Source: Hemiscyllium ocellatum (Eukaryota). From it: 64,000 nucleotides of DNA. Of this stretch, positions 26,590 through 37,987 are shown piece by piece (within the stretch, counting starts at the first letter, position 1; every line of letters begins with the position of its first letter). Both the position numbers and the translations under genes were made by a program. The DNA is taken from positions 61,724,135-61,788,134 of the forward strand of contig NC_083419.1 of NCBI RefSeq assembly GCF_020745735.1. The letters run 5' to 3'. A model generated the notes under the pieces. The model had not been told where the DNA came from, did not search any database, and worked only from the letters and a program-made list of their open reading frames with translations.

Positions 26590-27575
26590 GGCTCATTCAT
26601 TTAGGATTTTATATGAATGAATTGGATTAATCTTAATCTTGTTGCCAAATGTGCTGATGATACAAGGTCAGGTGGAAAAGTAAGCGTCATAAGGAAACAA
26701 CGGGATATTGATGAGTAGGCAAGGTGGTGGTCAGTAAAAATTAAAGAGGGGGGTGGTAGCGTGAGGCTGTCCACATTATTAGGAAGATGAGAGAAGCAAA
26801 ACATTGTTTTCAAAAACAGACAATGCTGTGGGATCTGAGTGCCCTTGTGTATATGAGGCACAAAATTTAACACGCAAGTACAGGAAGGCAAATGGACTGT
26901 TAGCTTTTAATTGAAATGGGATGGAAGAAAAAAAGTATGGAAATCTTGCTACACCTGCATCGGTCATTGCCAAAATAACACCTCGAAAACTCTGTACAGA
27001 TTTGGTCACCTTACTTAAGAAAGGACATAATTGCATGTTCAGAGAAGATTCACTATGCTCATTCCTGGGATGAAGCAATTACCTTGAGGAAAGATCAAAC
27101 AAATTGGGCCTACACTCTTTGGAACTTAAAAGACTTAGATCAGATCGTGTTGACACATAGAAGATTCTGAGGGGGCTTGACAGGGTGTGAGAACGCTTCC
27201 CTTGGGGAATACAGACCCATTCAAACAGCTTAAAATAAGGAATCTCCTAAATGTAACCTCAACCTGAGCTACAAATCATCTCAGGAGTCTCCTCCTTAAG
27301 AAGGAATTTCTTCTCTCTAAGGGTTGTTAGCCTTTGGAATTCTCTTGCACAGAAAACAGCAAAAGCTGTGTCATTGAATAAATTCAAGAGAGAGTTAGAT
27401 TTTTCATCGACAGTAAAGTCAAGGGTCATGGGTCATGGGCATTGAGGTGGGGACAAGCCAGCAGAAGAGTGAAGGTCTGGTCTCAATCTGCTCAGCCACC
27501 ATGTTACTGGATGGCAGAGAGGGCTTGAAAGTCTGAGTGGCCTTCTCCTACTCATATCCCTTGGGATCTTATGGC
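26590..27575 (+). mobile_element. Old degraded CR1 LINE fragment
   Basis: tgctgatgatacaagg (ADDT), tttggtcaccttacttaagaaagga and a CR1-like 3' UTR; many stops. Confidence 0.75.
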
Positions 27576-28021
27576 ACATTCACCCAATAAATCTATTTGG
27601 CTGCAGCAAAGTTAACCTAAAGTTTGCTCTAGTTGGAACAAGTGTCTATGACCTGAAGAACTCACTCTATTCCAATTCCTCCAGTCTCACAACAATTAGT
27701 CCGAAATACTAGCCAAACCATTAAAATTTCTTTAAGCAAATGCCCTTGTTTAGCAGTTCTGGTGAGAGCTGCATATTTTATAAGGGGAATGGCGAAGGAA
27801 GAGAAAATAATTACAATTGGAACAGCTGCAGTTCAATCCCACCCAGTGGCTGAGCTGATTAAGGCAGTGAGTCAGAAACAATATATGGTCTCTGCTGAGT
27901 TTGATTGGACTCAGATAGGAACTGGTCATGATGGGGGATCACAGAGATCAGCAGATCATGTTCAATCACAATGCTGACTGGAATCAAAGGACAACAATGA
28001 GCAAATGCCCACATGTAAAAA

Positions 28022-28698
28022 CCTAGTCTTGAGAGGTCACCGTCTCATCTACCCACTGTGTCAGAATGACAGCTATTGCTGTTCTATCTGAGGTGAGCTG
28101 ACAAGGTATATATCATGAACGTTACTGAGTGGATGATCTCATTGAGCCTTCAGAAGAGCTAGTTACCTTGTCAGTTCCTTTCTTTCTTTGCTCATTCTAG
28201 TGTGTTGCATTAGTATGCAGCGTAGATGTGTGAAAATAGTCATTCACGCTACTTCTTGCTGTTGATCTGAGATACCAACAGCCAATTCAAAGCCATTATT
28301 TTATCTTTAGTGGTTTCTGCTTCTGTTTTAATTTCTTGCAAAGCTCACTACAAATAAAAGGTTGGCATGGCGACTCAGTGACTAGCAGTGCTACCTCACA
28401 GCACCAGTGACCCGGGTTTGATTCCAGCCTCAGGTGACTGTCTGTGTGGAGTTTGCACATTCTCCATGTGTCTGCGTGGGCTTCCTCTGGTCTTCCGGTT
28501 TCTTCCCACAGTCCAAAGATGTACAGGTTAGGTGAATTGACCAAGTTAAATTGTCCATAGTGTTCAGGGATGTGTAAGTTAGGTGCATTGGTCAGGAATA
28601 AATGTAAGGGAATGGGTCTGGGTGGGTTACTCTTTGAAGGGTCAGTGTGGACGTGTTGGGCCAAATGGCCTGTTTCCACACTGTACGGATTGTATGAT
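28022..28698 (+). repeat. Inverted duplication arm A: ~340 bp non-SINE sequence plus HE1 SINE (~28360-28698)
   Basis: Aligns to the reverse complement of 36757-37480. 28121-28160 is an exact 40-nt match to 37289-37328. Confidence 0.9.
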
Positions 28699-28984
28699 GC
28701 TCCCTGACCCTGTAAGAGCCGAGATACTAAGAATAGTCAGGCAGTAAAGAACTCAGTTATGCAGATGACATCTATATATTGCTGAGATATAGCAGCAAGA
28801 TGGAACAAAATAAGGGAAGCAATTAAAGTAAAAGAAGGCAGCCAGCACTAGCGTGCTTCTGAGAATATTGAAGAACAACAACAAGGGCTGTGGCATCAGT
28901 GAGTCAGCAGGGAGCAAGATTCTCCCCTGCTCAGATAGAGTGGGCCTGACAGTCTGACATAACGCAGCACTGGGCACTCCTTAG

Positions 28985-31380
28985 GGAGACGGAATGGTTT
29001 CAAGCATCTAAAATACCTTTGAGAAGCAATTTACTTCTTGAGAGAAAGGAGGAAGATTGCTTTTGGTGTAAATGTACTTTGACTTTAAGGACAGTGAAAG
29101 ATGCCACAGTGGGGTGGGAACCAGAGGAGCAAGTCAGTAAGTATAGAGACTAGGGAAGAATTTGGGACAAAGGCAAATATAGCTAAGAGGAAGAGTGGTC
29201 AGGGAGAGGCTACTGAGCTCGGCGGAACTGAAGGCTTGAACTGGATTTGGTTCAAATGCAAAAAATATAACAGGTAATATGGATGAATTTAGAGCCTGGA
29301 TTAATGTATGCAATTACGTTGTTGTTGCTATCACAGAGACATGGTTGTAGGAGGGATAAGATTGGCACCTTAATGTACTGGGATATCGATGCTTTAGATG
29401 AAACAGAGGAGGAAGCTGTATTAAGGTAGAGCTCAGGAAAAGGAAGAATGCAGTCACATACTGGGATTGTATTACATACCACCCAGCTGCCAGTGGGAAA
29501 GAACAAAAAAGATCTGTCATCAGATTTTGGAAAGATGTAAAAATAACAGGGTTGTTGTGGTGGTTATTTTAACTCCCCCAACCATCCACCCAACCCATCC
29601 CCACCCCCACCCCTCCCCCGCATGTTACATTTGCTGGGACTCTCTTAGTGCCAGGAGATTGGATGGAGAGCAATTCGTTAGGTGTGTCCAAGGAGGTTTT
29701 TGAAACAGGATGTGGCAAGTCCAACGAGAGGGGGGGCCATACTGGACCTAGTATTGGGAAATGAGCCCAGCTAGGTGATCAAAGTTTCAGTGGGGGAGCA
29801 TTTTAGGAATAATGACCATATTTCCATAAGTTTTTGGATATTTATGAATAAAGACAAGTGTGGATCTCAGATGAAGGTGTCAAACTGGGGGAAGGCCACC
29901 TATAACTGAATTAGGCAAGAATTGAAGAATGTGGATTGGTAGTGGCTGTTTGAGGGTAAATCCACATCTGACATGTGGGAGTCTTGTAAAGATCAATCAA
30001 TTAGAGTGCAGGATAGGCATGGTCCTGTGAAAATGAAGGACCGGAATGGCAGGATTTGGGAACCTTGGACGACAGGGGAAATTATCAGCTTAGTCCAAAA
30101 AAGGAAGCATACCCAAAGTCTAGGCAGTTAAAAGCAGACAAAGTCTGAGAAGAATATAGAGAAAGTAAGAAAGAGCTCACACAGGGAGTAGGGAAGGCTA
30201 AAAGGGGCTGTGAAATATCCATGCCAGCAGGGTTACAGGGAATCCCAAAGCATTTTATACAACATATTAGGAGCAAGAGGGTAGCTAGGGAAAGAGTAGG
30301 CCTCAAGGTTAAAGGAAGCAGGTTATGGGTGGAGCCAGAGGAAATAGGTGAGATCCTTAATGAGTACTTTACATCAGTATTCACCAAAGAGAGGGGCGTG
30401 AGGGATATTGAGCTTACGAAAAGGTGTGTGAACACTCTCAGGCTGGTTAATACGCTGAAGGAAATAGTGTAGGGTCTCTTGAAATGTATTCAGGTAGACA
30501 GGCCCCCATGCCAGATGGGATCTATCCCAGCATACTATAGAAGGCAAGAAAGGAAATAGCTGGGGCCTTAACAGATATTTTTGCATCAGAGTTCCGAGGA
30601 AGGGTCACTCGACCCAACTCGAAGGGTCTCTCTGCAAATGCTGCCGGGCCTGTTGAGCTTTTCCAGCAATTTTTGTTTTAGTTTCTGATTTACAATATCC
30701 ACAGTGTTGTTTTTTTTTTGTTTTTATCTTTGCATCGTTTTTGGTGTCAAGGAAGGTTCCAGAGGATGGGAGAATGGCCAATATTGTTCCTTTGTTTAAG
30801 AAGGGAAACAGATAATCCAGGTAATTTCAAGCCAGTGAGCCTGACGTCAGTAATGGGGAAGCTGTTGCAGAAGATACTGAGAGATGGGATTTATTTATAC
30901 TTGGAAGCAAATGGGCTCGTTAGTGAAAGGCAGCATGAGTTTGTGTGGAGAAGGTAATATCTCACTAACGTGACTGAGTTTTTTGAGGTGGTGACAAGGA
31001 TGATCGATGAGGGAAGGGCAGTGGATGTTGTCCATATGGACTTTAGTAAGACATTTGATAAGGTACCTCATGGCAGGATGGTACAAAAGGTAGAGTCTCA
31101 CGGGATGCAGGGTGAGCTGGATGGATGGACACAAAACTAGCTTGGTCAGAGCAGACAGAAAGTAGTGATGGAAGGGTGTTTTTCAGAATGGAGATCAATA
31201 ACAGGTTGGTATCCTGTAGGGACAAATGCTGGTACCATTGTTGTTTGCCATATACATATACAAATGTTCTAGAGGAAAATATAGGTGATCTGATTAGTAA
31301 GTTTGAGGATGACACCAAAACTGACAGACTTGCAGATGGTGAGGAGTATTGTCAGAAGATAGAATGGGATAGAGATTGCA
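28985..31380 (+). mobile_element. CR1 LINE, degraded, spanning APE endonuclease to RT; contains a PLE-derived insert at ~30588-30720 and is followed by a SINE tail (31386-31475)
   Basis: gttgttgctatcacagagacatggttg (VVAITETWL), gccatactggacctagtattgggaaatgag (AILDLVLGNE), DNPGNFKPVSLTS and KFEDDTK. Confidence 0.9.
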
Positions 31381-31792
31381 AATTTGGGCAATGGGTCTGG
31401 TGGGTTACTCTCCGGAGGGTCGGTGTGGACTGGTTGGGCCGAAGGGCCTGTTTCCACACTGTACGGAGTCTAATCATGCAATGAGGACTCATTAAGAGAA
31501 TAGAAGAGCTAAGAAGCTTTGATTAAGAGAAACTTAGACAGCTAAGCTTACATGTGCATTCCAGTATTTCAGATGTGAAAGGCAGATTCAACCCCATTTG
31601 ATAATGCAAATTCCTATTAATCCCCAACCAGTCATAACCAAACCACATTTCTCCAAGGAATTCTGCTCCATCATTCTCCTTCCTCCTCCTCCCTAATCTA
31701 ACTCAACTGCCATTGTTTTAGTCTTATTACAAATACCAAAAGTCATTCTCACCGGGGCAAAAATTTGACGAGTTTAATTTGTAGTTACTTAC

Positions 31793-31874
31793 ATACACAG
31801 TTACAAAACCAGCTCTCTTCAGGTACGGTGCAGACAATTTTAGCAGTCCTCCGATCCTGTCAGCTGATAGGTTT
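31793..31874 (-). CDS. TMTC1: TMTC1 internal exon, 82 nt (phase 2 in, phase 0 out): NLSADRIGGLLKLSAPYLKRAGFVTVY
   Basis: Minus-strand acceptor ttctggttttcacatttcag|A and donor TAT|gtaagt. Joins in frame to 19516. The peptide resembles the vertebrate TMTC1 segment ...PFLKRAILVLSY as I recall it. Confidence 0.85.
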
Positions 31875-32355
31875 CTGAAATGTGAAAACCAGAAAGCTTT
31901 AAATCAAAACCAGCCCAAGGGGTGAAAGTTGACAAAACACAGATTCAGGGCTCTACCTGAGGCATTTTAATAGACTGATCTAAGTGCAACTGGGCCACAA
32001 TCCAGACCAGATATTTCAGGTTGGAGAGTTGGTCCAATGCTTTTACTGGGGCTGTACACTGAAGCATCTGTCTCAGTTACCTGCCCCTGAAAATGGTAGG
32101 GAGCAATCAGCTTTGGTGCCAGCTCCTGATCACTATGACACACAAGTGAGGACAAGGTCAGGTCAGCATTTAATGTCCCTCCCGCTCTGTAAGGTTGACA
32201 TTGCCTTAGTTTCATAAGTGGAAAGTGAGTATGGTCAAGGTCCATTCCAAGCAGCTCCTGGATCTGCTCTACGGTCTGTTCCCCAGGAAGCACACCGAGA
32301 CAAACATGGCACTTGGAGGTCTATCAATTCTGTGAATGTCAGAGGAGAGAAGAAG

Positions 32356-32480
32356 AGGAGAAAGTAAGGACTGCAGATGCTAAAGAGTCAGAGTTGAAAA
32401 ATGTGGCTCTGGAAAAGCACAGCAGGTCAGCCAGTATCCGAGGAGCAGGAGAGTTGATGTTTTGGGCATAAGTCGCCTTA
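32356..32480 (-). mobile_element. Short PLE-derived terminal-repeat fragment
   Basis: Reverse complement of 12735-12857; the hammerhead part is degenerate. Confidence 0.8.
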
Positions 32481-33220
32481 CGAAGGAGGAAGGAGCGAGA
32501 TGGAGAGGTTTAAGGTAGGAACTTAAAAGGGGCTTTGGCAGCTGAAGGCACTGCTGCCAATGTTGAAGCAATGAAAATTCGGGATGCAGAAGAGGCTGGA
32601 ACTGGTTGTGACTCAGGAGAAATCACTAACCCAAGCGGGAAAACAGTCAATCTGGCAAGAGGGACTCATATGGGCAATGCATTCATTTCCAAATATTATT
32701 ATTTTTCTTTACTCCCTGGGAAGTCATTTTTGGGACTTAGAACCTTTGGCTCCACAATTAAGATACTAAACTAGGATGCTGGGCTGAAACTTCAACCTAA
32801 GAGAAATCTTAAGGAAAATCAGGACTGTGCCACTGCTGGGCAGTGCTAATAATGAACTAGTTCAATGAAAAGCATCACCCCATTAACGGGAGTCCTCCTT
32901 TTAAGACAACAACAAATGCTTTGAACCTTCTCCTTAGAATATTACACTCCAATAAATGTACAGGAATAAGGTGTGGCCCTCAAAGCTATTCTGAGCAGAA
33001 CATGCCACCAAAACTATGAAAGGGAAGCAAATTCTGCTAATTGAGGAAGTAACTCCCTCTTCTGCAGATGTGATAATCAGGTTTCACTTTCCACTCACTT
33101 AGCCAAACACTAATTCCACATGCTCCCCCACTAATTCTGCAAAATCCATGTGGTATTGAAAATCCTAACATCTCCCCTTCCTCTGTACTGCTGCCAACTG
33201 CAAGGTCAATGCTTCCCCAG

Positions 33221-33428
33221 AGCTTAAAAATGTATTGCTGGAAAAGCGCAGCAGGTCAGGCAGCAAAGGAACAGGAGAATCGACATTTCGGGCATCAGCC
33301 CTTCTTCAGGAATGAGGGTGGTGGCATAAGCCCATCTCCTGTTCCTTTGATGCTGCCTGACCTGCTGTGCTTTTCCAGCAACACATTTTTAAGCTCTGAT
33401 CTCCAGCATCTGCAGTCCTCACTTTATC
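33221..33428. mobile_element. Fold-back PLE-derived mini-element with perfect 14-bp TSD
   Basis: caatgcttccccag at 33207-33220 and 33429-33442. The arms are reverse complements. Minus-strand hammerhead motif ctgaagaagggctgatgcccgaaatgtc at ~33282-33309. Confidence 0.92.
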
Positions 33429-33767
33429 CAATGCTTCCCCAGGCCTTTGTAACTCCAATTGAATGGAATAGAAAATTTTGACTTCACTGCACTTCAGATG
33501 TTATATTTCCAAATTCTGCCAGAATTATAATTTGTGATATTTATTAAGTCATACACCCATTCAAGATCCTGTCTCATCATCCGAGAAAATAAAAAAAACT
33601 GTCTAGTGTATAAAATATCAAAGATGGATTGTCTGCAGTCACTCCTCTGTTAGCTGAAGGCATCGGCTAGAATATACTTAATGGCAGACTTTGCAATCTA
33701 AATAGGGACATCTGCAAAACACAAGGTTATTAACCTTATAGAACAGCCAATCTGAGACCGACCACAA

Positions 33768-33863
33768 ACCAACAAAAACAGAAATTGCTGGAAAAGCTCT
33801 GCAGATCCGGCAGCATCCAACAGCAGAGTTAACGTTTTGAATTGAGTGACCCTTCCTCAGAAC
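33768..33863 (-). mobile_element. Short PLE-derived fragment, second hammerhead family
   Basis: Reverse complement gttctgaggaagggtcactcaattcaaaacgttaact. Sister copies at ~30588, ~36658, ~41336 and ~60270. Confidence 0.75.
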
Positions 33864-34013
33864 GAGATGGCAACTGGATACTAACAAGCCCTGCTGCAGA
33901 ATCTGGAACAGTTTGGACACCTGCAAAGTGACCAGACCACGACTGAAAGGTGCCAGATGTATAATAGCATTGCGGACAGTCAGCATCAGCTTGGCTTGGA
34001 CACTGCCCACATG

Positions 34014-34290
34014 TGCATGGTGGCTCAGTGGTTAGCACTGCTGCCTCACAGCACCAGGGCCTCAGGCTCTATTCCAGCCTTGGGCGAGTTTGCACATTCT
34101 CCCTGTGTCTGTGTGGGTTTTCTCCGGGTGCTCCATTTTCCCCCCTACAATCCAAGGATAATTGGCCATGCTAAATTGCCCAGATTGTTAGGTGCATTAG
34201 TCAGGGGGAAATGGGTCTGGGTGGGTTACTCTTCAGAGAGTCAGTCTTGGGCCAAATGGCCTGTTTCCAAACTGTAGGGAATCTAATCTT
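34014..34290 (+). mobile_element. HE1-type SINE
   Basis: Head gcatggtggctcagtggttagcactgctgcc, core with small deletions, tail aatctaatct. Confidence 0.9.
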
Positions 34291-35611
34291 AAAAAAAACG
34301 TGGACAGAGGATGTCAATGTGTAAAAGACCTGGGGGTGTGTGACAGAAGGTGCCAACGGTCCTGTCAGTAGACCATTCGGAAAACAGTGGGCATGCCAAG
34401 TTTTTTTGCAAATCCACCTTTTTATTAAAGAATCGAACCGATTAAGCCAACAAGACTTGAGAAAGATGTTTGATGAATTTACAACCCACGCCTTCTCCTG
34501 ACAAGCAAACGAAATAGCCAAAGCCCAGAATATTCTTTTGTTGCCTCCTCCCTAGCTGGCAGCCATCATTTTAAATGCTGCAATTTAAAAAAGAAACACC
34601 AAACACCATTCATCCTCGCACCTCAAAGGATTTCAGAAATGAAGTCATGCTCACACCTGGATGAAGCAAATGATTGAATTAGGGCTCTAACACAGTTGGC
34701 AAGCAACAGGAAACTCCCCAGACTGCAGCCTGGCCCCAGTAACTTTGGGAATTGCCTGAAGGAATTCAGCCGTAAGCAGCAGGAGAGCAGACTAAAAGTC
34801 GAAACCCCCAACAACTGAATAGTCGCTTCATAGAAAAGTGCCTTTCAGTGCAGCACCACTACATAATGGCTTGGAATTCTCCATAATGTTTTGCCATGTA
34901 GCAATCTAGTGTGTGTCACCTAAATCACTGTCATCTGTGACATGAAGCCGTTTCCATGGTTTCTGCTTTTATCGGGCAGCTACATTACAAAGAGACATGC
35001 CTGAACATAGAAAGTCAGGTTGTAATGACACGCGGTTTAAAGTGACAATTAGATCCTTTCAGTTCAGTGCCGGTTCTAGGAACTGGCCATCCACTTAGTC
35101 CCATTACCTTGTCCTGTTAAATATTTTCTTTGAGTCTGTGTGCACACGTGTGCATGGGTGTGCGTGTGCATGCATGCAAGTGGGTGCCCGTGAGCAGGGC
35201 AACACTGACCCATCATTCAGCAGTGACCCATTCCATTACCTCACTGCTGTCTGTGGGAGCTTACTGTGCCCAATTTGGCTGCCATGTTTCACGTTTCTAA
35301 CTTGCTTGACGGTGGCCACACTTCGGAAGTACTCAGTTTGCTGTGATTCACTTTGGGAATTTCTGAGCTGCACGACGGTACTGGACAGCCGCGAGTTATT
35401 CTATTCCTTCTCAAAAGGAGCTGGGATGGGACAATGGTGAAAGATTCACACGACTGCAAGTGGTTCAGGCCTCAGGACTAAACCATATACAGGAAGGGTG
35501 CCTGGGATTTTATTGGACAGTGAGGGGCACATCTACTGGCCAGAGAACTGAGGCAATCCTGTCTCGCTTGGCCACGGAAACCCAGACTGGATCTTCTGGA
35601 AGTTAACTTTA

Positions 35612-35952
35612 GGGAGGTGACAGCCTATGGTCTTATCCTCGGAGCACTAATCCAGAGGCCCAGGTAATGCGCTGGGCACCTGGGTATAAATCCTGCCATG
35701 GCAGATCATGGACTTTGAATTCAATTTTTAAAAAAGTGACCGTGAATCCATTGCTGATTGTTGGAAAAACCCATTCATTCAGTTCACTTCAGGGAAGGAA
35801 ACTGCCATCCTGACCTGGTCTGGCCTGGCCTTGATGCGATTCCAGACCCTCTGCAATGTGGTTAACTCCAAACTGTCCTCTGGGCAATTAGGGATGGCCA
35901 ACAAATGCTGGCTTAGCTAATGCCCTCATCTTGTGAATCAATCAAAAATAAA
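35612..35952 (+). mobile_element. Second tRNA-derived SINE family
   Basis: ctaatccagaggcccagg...gggaaggaaactgccatcctgacctggtctggcct...gggcaattagggatggccaacaaatgctggc; recurs elsewhere in the window. Confidence 0.7.
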
Positions 35953-36657
35953 ACGGCCTGTAGTTGGAATTCCTGTCACTTTAAGGAACAAGATGGCACC
36001 TCCAAGAGCTGTCGTCCAATTAGAACACTGGCAGCACGTTGACCTGGGAGTGCAAGATGCCCTGTTCCAGTTGGTTAATCAAGATAGAGGATGCCCAAGA
36101 ACAATGGTGGACAAGCCTGATTAACCTGGGCTAGTGAGGCAGGCCCTCGTGAGGGTATTGGTGGGGGTGGAATAGTGAAAAGGCAGAGGTCACCCTCCAG
36201 AGGCAATACTATGCCCAATGAGGAGGGGTGTTCATACCCCAAGTCTGCAAGAAGGGTACCAATATATACCTAAATGGTCAAGAGCTTACCTGCCACCGGT
36301 AACACACATTCAAAAGAAAGATGCCTTTACGTGGTTCTCAACTGTCTACTTGAGGGTATCCATTGGTATATAGGTTTATCTTACACTCTGCAGGCAAAAT
36401 ACAAGCACTGGCCTGGAAACAGGTGCGTATGCCAAAACCTTCCCTCCCACCCAAATCTCTGCTCCATGGTACACTCCCCAGAGCCCTGGAAAAAAAAACA
36501 AACAGTCCTGACCTACAAGTACGTTATTTGCAAGTTCCACAATGTCACTTGGAGAGGGGAGTCATGATGAGAAGCTAGTGTGTCAAGAATACCTTGCGAA
36601 GGAAGAATGAAATAGGGAGCTTCCAAAAGTGAAGGCAGCTGGGTAGAGATTCATTCC

Positions 36658-36756
36658 AGTTCTAAGGATGGGTCATTTGACTCGAAACGTTAACTCTGAT
36701 TTCCCTGCATACATGCTGCATGATCTGCTGAGCTTTTCCAGCAATTGCTGTTTTTA
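36658..36756 (+). mobile_element. Short PLE-derived fragment, second hammerhead family
   Basis: agttctaaggatgggtcatttgactcgaaacgttaact followed by the shared atgctgcatgatctgctgagcttttccagcaatt. Confidence 0.75.
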
Positions 36757-37480
36757 ATCATAGAATCCCTAGAGTACGGAAACAGACCATTTGGTCCGAT
36801 CTGTTCACCCCAACCTTCCGGAGAGTAACCCACCAAGACCCATTTATCCCTGACTGACGAATCTAACCTACACTTCCCTAAACACTATGGACAATTTAGC
36901 ATTGCCAATTCACCTAACCTGCATATCATTACACTGTGGAAGGAAACTGGAGCACCCAGAGGAAACCCACACAGACATGAGGAGAATGTGCAAACTCCAC
37001 AGCGACAGTCGCCAGAGGACGGAATCAAACCCAGGCCCCTGACGCTGTGGGGCAGCAGTGCTAACCACTGAGCCACCTTGCTGCCCTTTAGTTTGTAGAG
37101 AGTTTTACAAAACAGAAGAAGAAACCATTAAAGATAAATTATGGTTTTGAATTGGCCCAGCAAATGGCCCGCCATGCTGTTGGTATCTCAGATTAACAGC
37201 GAGAAGTAGTATGAATGACACATCCACACTGCATACTAATGCAACACAATCGAATGAGCGAAAAAAGAAAGGAACTGACAGGGTAACGAGCTCTTCTGAA
37301 GGCTCAATGAGATCATCCACTCAGTAACTGAGCAGGACAGGCTAAGATGATCCCAGTTACCATTCATGATGTGTACTTTGTTAGCTCACTTCAGATAGAA
37401 TGGCAATCACTGTCAGTCTGACACAGTGGGCAGATGAAACGGCGACCTGTAAAAGTTGTAGGTTCAAGACTCACTCTAGG
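36757..37480 (-). repeat. Inverted duplication arm B: HE1 SINE (36757-37087) plus upstream sequence
   Basis: See arm A. The SINE head sits at the same junction in both arms (ctacaaa.taaa.gg). Confidence 0.9.
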
Positions 37481-37649
37481 CCCAGGTGATGTTGGGTAAT
37501 GCCAGGATTGAGCTGGAGCTAGATTGTCAGGCCTGCTGCCATGTAAAGGTCAGATGTTAAATCACTCTTTAATCATATCTTAAAAAAAGCAGGTTTTCTC
37601 CAGTGTTGGGACATTGGTTCCTCATTCAATGCCAAACCCGATGAGTTGG

Positions 37650-37873
37650 TATTTTATTCAAATTTTGTGACACCATGCGCAAAATAACGTTGACCTTGCT
37701 AATGTTGATCTTGCTTTGTCCACCTCCTCTGCAGCCATAATCTTGTGTGCCTTGCTCTGTCTAAACCCCTGATGATCTGTACGTCCTTGTTTGCTATGAT
37801 CCACCTGCACTGCTCGCAAAACAAAGCAAGGTACTTTGTCACGTGTAGCTAAGTAAATCAAATCAAATCAAAT
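37650..37873 (+). mobile_element. Probable LINE 3' UTR (Rex/Babar-like) with (aatca)n tail
   Basis: Ends taaatcaaatcaaatcaaat, a short tandem-repeat tail typical of non-LTR elements. Family assignment is tentative. Confidence 0.5.
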
Positions 37874-37889
37874 GTTAGCCCACTTAAAT

Positions 37890-37987
37890 CATTCCTGATG
37901 ATGAAGGGCTTATGCCCGAAACGTCGAATTTCCTGTTCCTTGGATGCTGCCTGACCTGCTGCGCTTTAACCAGCAACACATTTTCAG
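37890..37987 (+). mobile_element. 98-bp PLE-derived insertion beginning at a hammerhead motif
   Basis: TSD cacttaaat at 37881-37889 and 37988-37996. Sequence attc-ctgatga-tga-a-gggc-ttat-gccc-gaaa-c-gtc-gaat. Confidence 0.88.
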
